NCBI RefSeq assembly: GCF_963921235.1
Contig: NC_086108.1
Location: 26,164,001 to 26,228,000 of the forward strand
Source: Mobula hypostoma
Lineage: Eukaryota
DNA length: 64,000 nt
Direction: 5' to 3'
Part shown: one piece after another, positions 25,261-38,264 of the stretch
Numbering within the stretch: the first letter of the stretch is position 1
How the letters are laid out: each line of letters opens with the position of its first letter
Notes under the pieces: generated by a model
Seen by the model: only the letters and a program-made list of their open reading frames with translations
What the model was told of the DNA's origin: nothing
Database searches by the model: none
Position numbers and translations under genes: made by a program

Positions 25261-27332
25261 CATATAAACATAGAAACAGAGAAAACTGCAGCATAATACA
25301 GGCCTTTTGGCCCACAAAGCTGTGCTGAACATGTCCTTACCTTAGAACTACCTAGGGTTACCCATAGCCCTCTATTTTTCTGAGCTCCAATCACCTGTCC
25401 AGGAGTCTCTTAAAAGACCTATCGTATTTACTTCCACCACCGTTGCCGGCAGCCCATTCCACTCACTCACCACTCTCAGCGAAAAAGACTTACCCCTGAC
25501 ATCTCCTCCATACCTTCTTCCAAGCACCTTAAAACTGTGCCCTCTCATGCTAGCCATTTCAGCCCTGGGAAAAAGCCTCTGACTATCCATAAAATCAATG
25601 CCTCTCATTATCTTATATACCTCTATCAAGTCACCTCTCATCCTCCGTCACTCCAAGGAAAAAAGGCCAAGTTCACTCAACCTATTCTCATAAAGCATAC
25701 TCCCCAATCCAGGCAACATCCTTGTAAATCTCCTCTGCACCCTTTCTGTGGTTTCCACATCCTTCCTGTAGTGAGGTGACCAGAACTGAGCATAGTACTC
25801 CAAGTGGGGTCTGACCAGGGTCCTATATAGCTGCAACATTACCTCTCAGCTTCTAAACTCAATCCCATGATTGATGAAGGCCAATGCTCCGTATGCTTTC
25901 TTAACCACAGAGTCAACCTGCGGAGCAGCTTTGAGTATCCTGTGGACTCGGACCCCAAGATCCCTCTGATCCTCCACACTGCCAAGAGTCTTACCATTAA
26001 TACTATATTCTGTCATCATATTTGACCTACCAAAATGAACCACCTCACACGTCTCTGGGTTGAACTCCATCTGCCACTTCTTAGCCCAGTTTTGCATCCT
26101 ATCAATGTCCCACTGTAACATCTGACAGACCTCCACACTAGCCACAACACCCCCAACCTTTGTGTCATCAGCAAATCTACTAACCCATCCCTCCACTTCC
26201 TCATCCAGGTCATTGATAAAAATCACAAAGAGTAGGGGTCCTAGAACAGATTCCTGAGGCACACAAATGGTGACCGAACTCCATGTAGAATATGACCTGT
26301 CTACAACCACTCTTTGGCTTCAGTGGGCAAGCCAGTTCTGGATCCACAAAGCAACATCCCTTTGGATCCCATGCCTCCTTACTTTCTCAAGAAGCCTTGC
26401 ATGGGGTACCTTGTCAAATGCCTTGCTGAAATCCATATACACTACATCTACTGCTCTACCTTCAGCAGTGTGTTCAGTCACATCCTCAAAAAATTCAACT
26501 AGGTTCGTAGGCACACCCTGCCTTTGACAAAGCTATGCTGACTATTCCTAATCATATTATGCCTCTCCAAATGTTCATAAATCCGACTCTCAGGATCTTC
26601 TTTATCCTTACCCCCTTTCTTGAATAAGGGAACAACATCCGCAATACTCCAATCCTCTGGAACCTCTTCCATCCTCATTAATGATGCAAGAACCATTGCC
26701 AGAGGCTCAGCAATCTCCTCCTTTGCTTCCCACAGTAGCCTGGGGTACATCCCGTCCAGTCCCAGTGACTTATCCAACTTGATGCTTTCGAAAAGCTCCA
26801 GCACATCCTCTTCCTTAATATGTACATGCTCAAGCTTTTCAGTCCACTGCAAGTCATCCCTACAATCACCAAGATCCTTTTCCGTAGTGAATACTGAAGC
26901 AAAGTACTCATTAAGTACTTCTGCTATCTCCTCTGGCTCCATACACACTTTACCACTCTCACAGTTGATTGGTCCTATTCTCTCGCGTCTTATCCTCTTA
27001 CTCTTCACATACTTGTAGAATGCCTTGGGGTTTTCCTTAATCCTGTCTACCAAGGCTTCTCATGGCCCCTTCTGTCTCTCCTAATTTCTTTCTGAAGCTC
27101 CTTCCTGCTATCCTTACAATCTTCTAGATCTCTATCATTACCTAGTTTTTTGAATCTTCTTTTCTTCTTGACTAGATTTACAACAGCCTTTGTACACCAC
27201 GGTTCCTGTACCCTCCCATCCATTCCCTGTCTCATTGGAACGTACCTATGCAGAACCACACTCAAATATTCCCTGAAGATTAGCCACATTTCTTCCGTAT
27301 ATTTCCCGGAGGACATCTGTTCCCATTTTATC
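25261..27332 (-). mobile_element. CR1 LINE 3' half, same family as 4599-7410
   Basis: YMDFSKAFDKVPH; VPQESVLGPLLF..FADDTKVG; RPHLEYYAQFWSPH; RGDLIEVYKIM. Confidence 0.92.
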
Positions 27333-27564
27333 TTGTGTTGTGAGATTGCCTGCTTCCATCACTCACTCAGGCAATGTGTTTCTGATTCTAATCACCCTCT
27401 GAGTGAAATGATACTGCGACAGATGCCCTCGAAACCTCTTACTCCCTCAGCCCAAATCTATGAAGCATCCCATACAATATCTTTCCTTAATTACCTAGCT
27501 GATGATTTGTCAATATGAAAATGAAACTAACTCTCACATAACCAGTTTCTGGTTATGAACAAGT

Positions 27565-27960
27565 AAATGGTGCCATCTATCATCAGGGACTCCCACCATC
27601 CAGGCCACGCCTTCTTGCTGAAGCTGCATCAGGGAGGTACAGGGGACTGAAGACCCACACCTCAAGGTTCAACAACCACTTCTTCTCCACTGCCTTCAAG
27701 TTCTAGAACTGACCTGAAAAGCCTCAACACTACCTCCAGCTACATATATTTTTATCTCTCTCAATCCTGAATTGGTGTTGTTTTGTTTATTTTATACACA
27801 TGTAAGTTATATATAATTTATGTTAATTTAAACTTATGTTCACTTACCTTTGTCCTTGTCTTGTAATGTACTGGGCTGTTGTTACAAAAAGCGATTTTTT
27901 TCATGACATCTGGACCTGTGTATGCCTGCCTATGTCAGCAATAAAATTGATCTTGTCCCT
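27565..27960 (+). mobile_element. Old Rex1-like 3' fragment
   Basis: IIRDSHHPGHA motif and a caataaa tail. Confidence 0.6.
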
Positions 27961-29379
27961 GATTTTTTTCATAATCTTGTGGAAGGAAATGAATCTCTTC
28001 ATTAGATATATTGCTGTCTGTCTTTTGTGCATCTCACATAATACTAAGCCCAGTTGTCTGTGTTATCCTCATCAGCTCTATACGAATCAGTTGCAATCTC
28101 TTCATTTAGGAAAGGATTGCAGATCTACAGGCTCACACTTTCCACATTGTTCTACACACCACTTTCTGCTTTGATTCCTGGAGAGAAGTTCAAATTACCT
28201 CGGCAAAGTCTCCAGAGACTACAGCAGCTCTGTGTCGAACAAAAATATCCAGGGTAGCTGCAAATAGTTTTTTGTAGTTACCATTCTTCAGATACCAAGA
28301 GCTGGCGAGGATTTTCAAAGCATTGCCGAGTCCAAGTCACAATTGAACAGATGGAACATGGCTCCCCAAGGAATCACTCCAATTTAGTTACTGACCCAGC
28401 AGAAGCAGATACGTGACCCTCAAATGGAACAGCTCGCTGAATTTCTAACACTCGCTCCATCTGCTTCTCACAAATGTGCTTTAAAATGTTTCCTCTCTGA
28501 CCTTTGCACTGAACAATTAAAGTGTCCTTTCACCAGACAGCCAACAGGCTTAAAATTACTGTGAGGGAATTGCAGTTGATCAGAAATTTAAATACACACT
28601 TGTTCCAGGGATATTTGTGTACTGCAGTTACAGAATAGCTGGGTGGGAAGCTTTTTTCATACTCTTATTGGCCTCACCAACCTGTGGTGACCCAATTTTT
28701 GCCTGGTATTCAACAGCTGTGGGTCTGAGTTGCAACAGGAAGAAAACCACCCACAGAGAAACACATTTTTAAAAGTAACACGTACGTTATTTGTGAATGG
28801 AGCAAAGAGCAATTTTGAGACTTGTCTTCAAGATTTCTTTGGCATTCATGTCCATGTGAATCAGTAATAAAAATATGCCAACTAAGTAATTCTATAATTG
28901 AATCACTTAATGATCTATTGTATGATGTTATATGGCTGAGCATGGATGCATGCAACAATACCTGTGGAGCCCTACATCACACACAACACATTTTCTGAAT
29001 ACTTTGAGGACAGAGTTAAGGCTATTAAAAATTATTGAAATCCATCTCAATTATAATGGCATTATGTTTAAAGCAGATCACAAAAGACTGAATCAATTCC
29101 TCTCACCAGCTCAACATGCCCATGCCAGCTGGCTTGACAGCAAGATCATTAGTGGATTACATCATTATCTTCCCATTAAAATTTTTAATGGGTTAATCGA
29201 TTTTAAGTTGATTAATTGTCACAGACAGACTGTATTTGTAACACGCTCAGTGTAGTCATCCACTGCTGGTTATGAGTATTCTATGGTACAGCCACAGTAC
29301 TCATTGTTTGGCTCCTCAGACTGGCATTGCCTTCAGGAAGTCTGCTATTATTGAGCAGCATATGATAAAGCCGGATGGT

Positions 29380-29905
29380 GGGGTGGAGATAAGGCCCGAC
29401 GGAAGGAGGTGTAAGGTGCTCCTTCCCTCCACTAGCCTGCAAGACACCCTTGGGCAAAGTGTAGCACCTGTTTAGCCTCTCCCCCCCTCCCACCACTGAT
29501 CAAAGTCATGTGATGCCATGGGAGCAGGTAGTGAATTCAATTCAATTGAAGTTTAATTGTCATTAAACCATATATGAATACAGCCAAGCAAGATAGCGTT
29601 ACTATGGGGTCAAGGTGCTAAGAACAGATTACCAACAGTCACACAGAAAAACACACTCACGGAATAAAAGAGCCCCAGCGCCCCTCACCCATGACACTGC
29701 AGCCTGATGCCCAGTCCTCGCTCATACAAGTCAACAAACCCACATGGAATATCAGTAACATACAACAACACAGAATCTGCATGTATAGAGTCCTCTCGTA
29801 AAGGCCCTGCCCAGAAGAAGGTGATGGCAAATCACTTCTGTAGAAAAATTTGCCAAACGATCATGATCATGGATAGATGGAAGACCATGTTCACCCACGT
29901 CCATA
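29380..29905 (+). mobile_element. RTE-tailed SINE, split by another repeat at about 29535-29790
   Basis: Similar to the reverse complement of 47872-48205. The gaaggtgatggcaaatcact motif resembles the RTE/Bov-B 3' tail. Confidence 0.6.
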
Positions 29906-30275
29906 AGACCATAAGACATAAGAGCAGAATTAGGCCGGTCGGCCCATCGAATCCACTCACCATTTCATCATGGCTGATCTAGGATCCCAATCAACCCTAT
30001 ACAGCTGATCTCTCACCATATCCCTTGATGCCTCGATCAGTCAAGAATCTATCAACCTTCTTTAAATATACCCATGGACTTGGTCTCCATGGCAGTCTGT
30101 AGCAGAGCATTCCACAGACTCACTACTCTTTGGCTAAAATGTTCCTCCTTATTTCTGTTCTAAAAGGTTGCCCCTCAATTTTGAGGCTGTCCCCTCTACT
30201 TCTGGATACCCCCACCAGAGGAAACACCTCTCCACATCCACTTTATCTAGGCCTTTCAATATTCGGTAGATCCCC
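29905..30275 (-). mobile_element. CR1 3' tail
   Basis: ccataagaccataagacata terminal repeat, similar to 2641-3000. Confidence 0.75.
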
Positions 30276-30311
30276 ATGCATTTTTCAAAATTCCAGTGCT
30301 ACTGGCCCAAG

Positions 30312-30657
30312 CAATATACACAAAATGCTGGAGGAACTCAGCAAGCCAGGCAGCATCTATGGGAAGGAGTACAGTTGGTGTTTGGGGTCGAGACCCTTCA
30401 GCAGGACTGGACAAATAAAAGACGAGTTGATTTAAAAGGTGGAGGGATGGTAGGGGTAAACACAAGGTAACAGGTAAAACTGGGAGGGGGAGGGGTGAAG
30501 TAAAGAGCTGGGAAGTTGATTGGTGAAAGAGATACAGAGCTGGATCCCTCTCACCAATCAACTTCCAAAACAAACACACTAGAGGAACACAGCAAGTCAG
30601 GCAGCATCCATGGAAATGATTAATCAACATTTTGGGCTGAAACCCTTCTTCAGGACA
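30312..30657 (-). mobile_element. Tandem Penelope pLTR fragments with decayed hammerhead motifs
   Basis: acacaaaatgctggaggaactcagc..gacccttcagcaggact; second copy ends aacccttcttcaggac. Confidence 0.7.
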
Positions 30658-31827
30658 CAGTGTAATAGGTACTGATATCATGCATTGCTCAGTGGATGAT
30701 GGATTATGGATGAGGAGGGGTCTTGGACACAAATGGTGTGGAGTCACAACAGAGTGAAAATGTTTTGTGAGATACCCTAAAAGGTCGGAACATACACCAA
30801 ATTTTCCTTCAGCTGACACAGGACCTGAGTCGAAGGGCCAATTTCCATGCTCTATGACTCTATGACTCTGTGACTCAGGATGGGTCTTGCAAAAAAAAGA
30901 AGGCTAATGGCAATGTACAATGAAATACCCGGACCATTGCCAGACTTACCAATAAATTTATCAGCCTGCATGAAACAAATGTTTGTATTAACCTCCTGTA
31001 GAACAGACAAAACCCTTCAGTTCCTAGAACACATTAGAAAATTAAAAGAACTCTACTCTAGAAAGCATAAAAACATTAATCAAGCTAGTGAAACAGCAAT
31101 GGAAATCAACCAACAACAGACAACAATGTTAATGATTTTTTTCAGTCATAGTTCAGGAATGGGAGTAGGAGGAAACAGCAAGGCTTTTACTGCTACTGAA
31201 TACAAATTCTCTTGTTCAGGGTAATTCACTTGCTAGTTATTTGGTTAGTTAGGTAGGTTTATTGTCATTGGTGAGGACAATGAGATTGCAGTTCTAATCC
31301 ATTCAATGCAAAACTTCAAACTGGCAATTCAATTACTGAAAACGCAATGACTAGATTTAAAATAATGTCTGAGTTTTTTAGAGTGACATTTGAGTTACAA
31401 CTGATTGAAAAACAAACAACTCTAAAATGGGTATTGTTCAGTTGCATGACAGCCCTAGGGAAAAATCAGATTTTCCCTCTGGATTTCTGTGCAGAGATGT
31501 TTCAGTATCTCCTGCCAGATGGTTTGATATTGGACAGGTGATTACTGGGATGGGATGAGTCCATCATGATTTTGTGAGCCTGCCATAGACATTGTGGTTT
31601 GTAAATGGTTTCCATATCTGGTAGTTATGCTCAGGTTAGAGCAGTCAGCTCCAAGGTGATGACCCTGGTATGAAAACAGTGTCGCACTTATGTTACATAG
31701 TAATTGACTGGATGTTCCACAAGACATTATCCACACCTCATCATTGCCTTCCAACAGTGAACCAGCAAGCATAGCTCATATCATAGAAGCAAATGGACCA
31801 ATAACATGTTGGAATTGGAATTACAGA

Positions 31828-32058
31828 GGCACAAGAGATTGCAGATGCTGGAACCTGGAGAAACAAGCAATCTACTGAAGGAATTCAGCAGGTCAAGCAA
31901 TATATGCCTGGAGAAAGAAGTTATCGACATTTGGGTTGAAACCTGACATAGGAACCCACAGTCCTGATGCAGCTCTTCAACCTGGAATATCAACATTTCT
32001 TCTCACATCACAGATGCTGCTCAACCTGCTGAGTTCCTCCAGAAGATTTCTTGTTGCT
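31828..32058. mobile_element. Fold-back (inverted) Penelope pLTR derivative
   Basis: Left arm gaattcagcaggtcaagc is inverted relative to right arm gctcaacctgctgagttc; hammerhead remnants lie in the centre. Confidence 0.65.
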
Positions 32059-32909
32059 GACTTTTGTCAGACAGAAACACAAAACTACACAAAACTGAAC
32101 TTTGAGTTTACGTACTTTGACGGAAAATGTACAGTACTTGTTCAGATATTACTGTATGTGAAAGCATTTGTAATGCAGTCACCTTGTGATATTTTATAGG
32201 TTTTAATGTTCTGTATCATTTTAAATTCAGCATTAACAACTTCACAACATAAAGGTCACTCATGCCGTCTACTCTTTTCTGCACATCATCTCATAAATAT
32301 ATCAGTCATTATTCTGGCTATTCTAGGATAAACATAAATTAACATGATGAACAAACAAACTCAATAGGTCAGGTAGCATCTGTGCAGGGAAATGGATACT
32401 TCACATTTGGGGTCAAGACCTCTAACCTACTTGACCTGCTGACAAGCTGTTTATTTTGTTATCTGGATTTCGGCATCTGCGGTATCTCATGGCTCTTTTA
32501 ATAAACGTGTTGGACTTTCTTTTAATACTGAGAATAATCAACTTCATTATTTTCAGAATAATTAAATTATAAAAATTGGTAAGACATAATTTAAAGGCAA
32601 GTTGTTTATTTTTTCTTACATTATTATGGGGACGACACTTCGAAATTCAAAGTTCAAAGTTCAAAGTAGATTTATTATCAAAGTTCATACATACAACCCT
32701 GAGATTAATTTTCTTGTATGCGTACTCAATAAATCCAATAACCATAATAGAATCAATGAAAGACCATACCAATATGGCAGGCAACAAGTGTGCAAAAGAT
32801 AACAAGCTGCAAATACAAAAAGAAAGAAAAAATGAAATAATAATAATGATAATAATAACAACAACAACAATAATGATTGTTGTTATTATTATTATCATTT
32901 TTATTTTTG

Positions 32910-34465
32910 TTAAATTGGGTACCAAATCAGAAACAACAAAATGAGTTACAGCTCAACACACCTCCTATTCATGGATGATTTGAAATTATATGCTCCTTCA
33001 TTAGTAAAGCTAAAGCAATTAATTTAAACAGTGGAACTATTTCCAAAAGATATAAACATGAACTTTAGACTGGATAAATGCAAAACATTAAACATAAAGA
33101 AAAGTGCAATTGAGTTAACAGAGCAGCAGAATACAATACAAATGATGGATGAATATGAAACAGATAAGTATCTGGGATATCAACAAGCAAAGAAAACAGA
33201 TCATAGTACAAAAAAGGACAAAAACTAACAGAATTTACTTCAAGTCTTAAGAAAATCTGACAAACTGAGCTCAATGGTAAAAATATAACAAAGGCAATAA
33301 ACACTTTTGCTATACATCTATTAACGCATTCTTTGGCACAATATCTTGATCCAAAAAGGTTCTGGAAAATTAACAAAGAAAAGTAAGAACTGAAATGACG
33401 AACTTCAGAAACCATTATGTACACTCGAATGCACTTAGATTAACGCTACCTAGGTCAGAAGGGGGAAGAGGAATAACAAACATTAACAATCTACAGACAG
33501 TCAGATAAAACTTCTAAAGATATATTTTCATCAATGAAAACAGGATTCAGCACTTCACACAAGCATATATAATTCTGGTAAGAAGTATACACTACTAAAC
33601 TTAAATGAGAGCACAACCCAGAAAAATGAAGATATTATCACTATTGAAGAAAAAGTTAACCAGTGGAAGAGTATAACCCTCCATGAAAGACATCCCCATG
33701 ATCTGAGTAGACTAGATGTTGAAAAGGAAGCGTTGGATGCCTGGCTCAGAGTTGGAGAACTCATCCCAGAAACAGGATTGTTTGTGGCAATAGAAGACCA
33801 TGTTGTCAACACAAAAAAAAGATCAAAAATACTTCATAAAAGGCCAACAAATTCAAGATGATAGATTTAGAAAATGCCAAGTAAAAACGGAAACTATCTA
33901 ACACATTACAGGATCCTGTAGCAGTTTAACTCAATCTGATTACTTATGCAGGAAAACATCTGTCACCAGAATCTTGCTTTACAATTCAAACCCATATAAT
34001 AAATCATACCTCACTATAAATACAAGCCTGATCTAGTTTTAGAGTCATAAACCCACAAATTATATTACGATCAATCAGTTATTACAGATCGAACAATCCA
34101 TAATAACTGTCCAGATATAATAATACGGGGTAAACAGGCAAGAACTTACATAATAAACATAGCTATTCCAAATACAAACAAGTGAAGAACACTAGAAATA
34201 TGCTGAATTAAAAGAGGAAATTGAAAGACTTTGGAACAGGAACTGGGTATACAATATCCCGATAGTAATATCTGCAACTGGTATCATCCCAAAGGCTCTA
34301 CAAAATAGTATCAAACAATTAGGGCTACACAGCAATATCTATGTAAATCTTCAGAAAATCACAATACAAAACACCACTAGAATAGTATGAGAGTTCCAAG
34401 CGAATGAGAAATGATCATACTTTGATATGCCCATATCTCAGGTTTTATCAGCTTGAGCTGAGAAA
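32910..34465 (+). mobile_element. R4/Dong-clade non-LTR retrotransposon (RT end, CCHC finger, restriction-like endonuclease), 5'-truncated and decayed
   Basis: THLLFMDDLKLYA (FMDD 32968-32979); FRLDKC; KYLG; LPRSEGGRG; WLRVGELIPETG; RKCQVKTETI*HITGSC (about 33860-33920); ITDRTIHNNCPDIII (PD 34111-34116); KYAELKEEIERLW; IPIVISATGIIPK. Confidence 0.85.
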
Positions 34466-34467
34466 CA

Positions 34468-34493
34468 AAATAATAACAAATAAACAAATAAAT

Positions 34494-34524
<31 letters not shown>

Positions 34525-34545
34525 AAATAAATAAATAAATAAGCA
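34468..34545. repeat. Compound (TAA)/(CAAT)n/(AAAT)n microsatellite
   Basis: Directly visible. Confidence 0.9.
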
Positions 34546-35843
34546 AGCAATCAATATCAAGAACATAAGATGAAAGGGCCTTAAAGTGAGTCTACAGCTT
34601 GTGGGGATATTTCAGTGATGGGGCATGTGAAATTGAGTGAAATTATCCTCTCTGGTTCGGCAGTTTGATGATTGGCAGGTAATAACAGTTCCTGAATCTG
34701 GTGGCGTGAGACCTGAGGTTCTTGTACCTTCAGCAGTGAGAAGAGAGCATGACCTTGGTGGGGGGGGGGGGGTTCCCTGATGATGGATGCTGCTTTCCTG
34801 TGACAATGTTCTATGTAGATATGCTCAAAGATGGGGAGAGCATTACCTGTGATGGTCTGGGCCATATCCACTACTTTTTGCAGGGTTTTCCATTCAAGGG
34901 CATTGGTGTTTCCATACCGGGTTGTATGGAATTTCAGTATATGTATGAGACACTTCAGTGAGTTCAGAGTTCCTACTATCAACATATCTGTTAAACCAGT
35001 ATAAGTCTTTATCAATGTGCTCTTTTTTTTCTTTCTAAACTTAGTTTCATCATCTTTTGCTTGTTATTTTGTGAACCATTTCCAGCTGTATCAGGTGATA
35101 AATCACATCAAATTTTGAAGTTGCTTGGAGTCTCAAACCACTTTGTGTTAGAAAGAAAGGGGAAGGTAGCGGAGTGGGTATCTCTTGGAATACTGCGTCC
35201 ATTTCTAATTTTCTTCTCGACGGAAGAATATACGTGCCATAAAGGGAGCACAGTGCACGCTCATCAAACTGATTCCTAGGATGGCAGCAATTGCCAGAGC
35301 AGGACGGTTGGGTGACCACACCTGTGTTACACAGACATTTGGAAGAATACTTGATGGTCTGCATACAGGGAAGGTGTTTGCCCTGGCTGTGAGTTTTAGA
35401 ATGAGGAATCACTGGATATGGAGTGACACATTAAATACAGCGATGTTAAAAAAAATCGGCACACAGGTTTGGTGAACCCATAAGAGTCTCTGCCACAAAA
35501 GGCAGTAGAGACCAAATCACTAAATGTAGTGCAGAAGGAGATAGTCAGATTCTGAGACAAACTGTATCCAAGTTACATGGTAGGAATACGGTTATAGGGA
35601 GGAATATGGTATCAAGATGGTGAAATGACTATAATTGTACTAAATGACATCAATCATCAGTGTTCAAGAAGAGTAGGGTGAGCTGCCACCATGACGATCA
35701 CCCAGTGGCACTCATAGCTACTGTGATGAAGTGCACTGAGAGGTTGATCATGGCTAGGATCAACTCCCGTCTAAGTAAGGACCCAGACCAGCTGCAATTT
35801 GCCTATTGCCACAATAGTTCTACAGTGACTACAATCTCACTGG

Positions 35844-36435
35844 TTTCAAGGCCTTGGTGAGACCACACCTGGAGTATTGTGTGCAGTTTTGGTCCCCTAA
35901 TCTGAGGAAAGACATCCTTGCCATAGAGGGAGTACAAAGAAGGTTCACCAGATTAATTCCTGGGATGGCAGGACTTTCATATGAAGAGAGACTGGATGAA
36001 CTGGGCTTGTACTCGTTGGAATTTAGAAGATTGAGGGGGGATCTGATTGAAACGTATAAGATCCTAAAGGGATTGGACAGGCTAGATGCAGGAGGATTGT
36101 TCCCAATGTTGGGGAAGTCCAGAACAAGGGGTCACAGTTTGAGGATAAAGGGGAAGCCTTTTAGGACCGAGATTAGGAAAAACTTCTTCACACAGAGAGT
36201 GGTGAATCTGTGGAATTCTCTGCCACAGGAAACAGTTGAGGCCAGTTCATTGGCTATGTTTAGGAGAGAGTTAGATATGGCCCTTGTGGCTACGGGAATC
36301 AGGGGGTATGGAGGGAAGGCTGGGGCGGGGTTCTGAGTTGGATGATCAGCCATGATCATAATAAATGGCGGTGCAGGCTCGAAGGGCCGAATGGCCTACT
36401 CCTGCACCTATTTTCTATGTTTCTATGTTTCTATG
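35844..36435 (+). mobile_element. Young CR1 3' fragment with (ttctatgt)n tail
   Basis: Uninterrupted 160-aa ORF RPHLEYCVQFWSP..RGDLIETYKIL; gggccgaatggcct stem-loop and octamer tail. Confidence 0.92.
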
Positions 36436-36470
36436 TTGGATCACCTAGACAAAAGTAATGCCTATGTTAG

Positions 36471-38149
36471 CCTTCGTCAGGACTAACTGAAGGAAGAGCT
36501 AGTAAGAGATTTGAAAGTGGGAGGGGGAGGGGGAGATCCAAAATGATAGGAGAAGACAGGAGGGGGAGGGATGGAGCCAAGAGCTGGACAGGTGATTGGC
36601 AAAAGGGATATGAGAGGATCATGGGACAGGAGGCCCAGGGAGAAAGACGGGGGGTGGGGGACCCAGAGGATGGGCAAGGGGTATAGTCAGAGGGACAGAG
36701 GGAGAAAGAGGAGAGTGAGAGAAAGAATGTGTGTATATAAATAAATAACGGATGGGGTACAAGGGGGAGGTGGGTCCCCTTTCTAGATCTTTCTGTCTCT
36801 ATCTCTGGAGACAGCTTATCTACTGATGTCTACTATAAGCCTACTGACTCTCACAGCTATCTGGACTATTCCTTTTCTCACCCTGTCTCTTGCAAAAATG
36901 CCATCCCCTTCTCACAATTCCTCCGTCTCCGCCGCATCTGCTCTCAGGATGAGGCTTTCCATTCCAGGACGAGGGAGATGTCCTCTTTTTTTAAAGAAAG
37001 GGGCTTCCCTTCCTCCACCATCAACTCTGCTCTCAAACGCACCTCCCCCATTTCACACACATCTGCTCTCACTCCATCCTCCCACCACCCCCCTAGGAAT
37101 AGGGTTCCCCTGGTCCTCACCTACCACCCCACCAGCCTTCGGGTCCAGTGTATTATTCTCCGTAACTTTCGCCACCTCCAACGGGATCCCACCACTAAGC
37201 ACATCTTTCCCTCCCCCCCCCCGCTTTCCGCAGGGATCACTCCCTACGCGATTCCCTTGTCCATTCGTCCCCCCATCTCTCCCTACTGATCTCCCTCCTG
37301 GCACTTATCCTTGTAAACGGAACAAGTGCTACACATGCCCTGACACTTCCTCCCTCACCACCATTCAGGACCCCAGACAGTCCTTCCAGGTGAGGCGACA
37401 CTTCACCTGTGAGTCGGCTGGTGTGATATACTGCGTCCGGTGCTCCCGATTTGGCCTTCTATATATTGGCGAGACCCGACACAGACTGGGAGATTGTTTT
37501 GCTGAACACCTACACTCTGTCCGCCAGAGAAAGCAGGATCTCCCAGTGGCCACACATTTTAATACCACGTCCCATTCCCATTCTGACATGTCTATACACG
37601 GCCTCCTCTACTGTAAAGATGAAGCCACACTCAGTTTGGAGGAACAACACCTTATATTCCATTTGGGTAACCTCCAACCTGATGGCATGAACATCGACTT
37701 TTCTAACTTCTGCTAATGCCCCACCTCCACCTCGTACCCCATCCATTATTTATTTTTATACACACATTCTTTCTCTCTCTCTCCTTTTTCTCCCTCTGTC
37801 CCTCTGACTATAGCCCTTGCCCATCCTCTGGGTTCCCCCCCCCTCCCCTTTCCTTCTGCCTGGGCCTCCTGTCCCATGATCCTCTCATATCCCTTTTGCC
37901 AATCACCTGTCCAGCTCTTGGCTCCATCCCTCCCCCTCCTGTCTTCTCCTATCATTTTGGATCTCCCCCTCCCCCTCCCACTTTCAAATTTCTTACTAGC
38001 TCTTCCTTCAGTCAGTCCTGACGAAGGGTCTTGGCCCAAAACATCGACTGTACCTCTTCCTAGAGATGCTGCCTGGCCTGCTGCGTTCACCAGCAACTTT
38101 GATGTGTGTTGCTTGAATTTCCAGCATCTGCAGAATTCCTCGTGTTTAC
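36471..38149 (+). mobile_element. Penelope-like element: inverted pLTR (36471 to about 36775, minus), then RT end, GIY-YIG and pLTR
   Basis: PFLDLSV..YYKPTDSHSYLDY; SQFLRLRRICS; GVIYCVRCSRFGLLYIGET. TSD-like gcctatgttag (36460-36470) / gcctaccttag (38150-38160). Confidence 0.9.
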
Positions 38150-38264
38150 GCCTACCTTAGCCTGCTGTTTATTGACTACAGTCATACCCTCAGTTCCAAT
38201 CGACAAGCTCCAAAACCTGAGCCTCTGTACCTCCCTCTGCAATTAGATCCTTAATTTCCTCACT

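Larger units (their letters stand above)
32646..34930 (-). mobile_element. Rex1 3' fragment (32646-32845 and about 34470-34930), split by the R4/Dong insertion
   Basis: ttcaaagttcaaag tail; ORF 34581-35015 YGNTNALEWKTLQKVVD..CHRKAASII. Confidence 0.8.

Noticed and set aside
28198..28335. Short open frame on the minus strand ending at a GAG|GTAATT donor-like site
   Set aside because: No good acceptor, an upstream in-frame stop and no recognisable homology.
32576..32944. Hydrophobic, transmembrane-like ORFs on both strands
   Set aside because: Produced by the (TAA/CAA)n microsatellite and its inverted copy.
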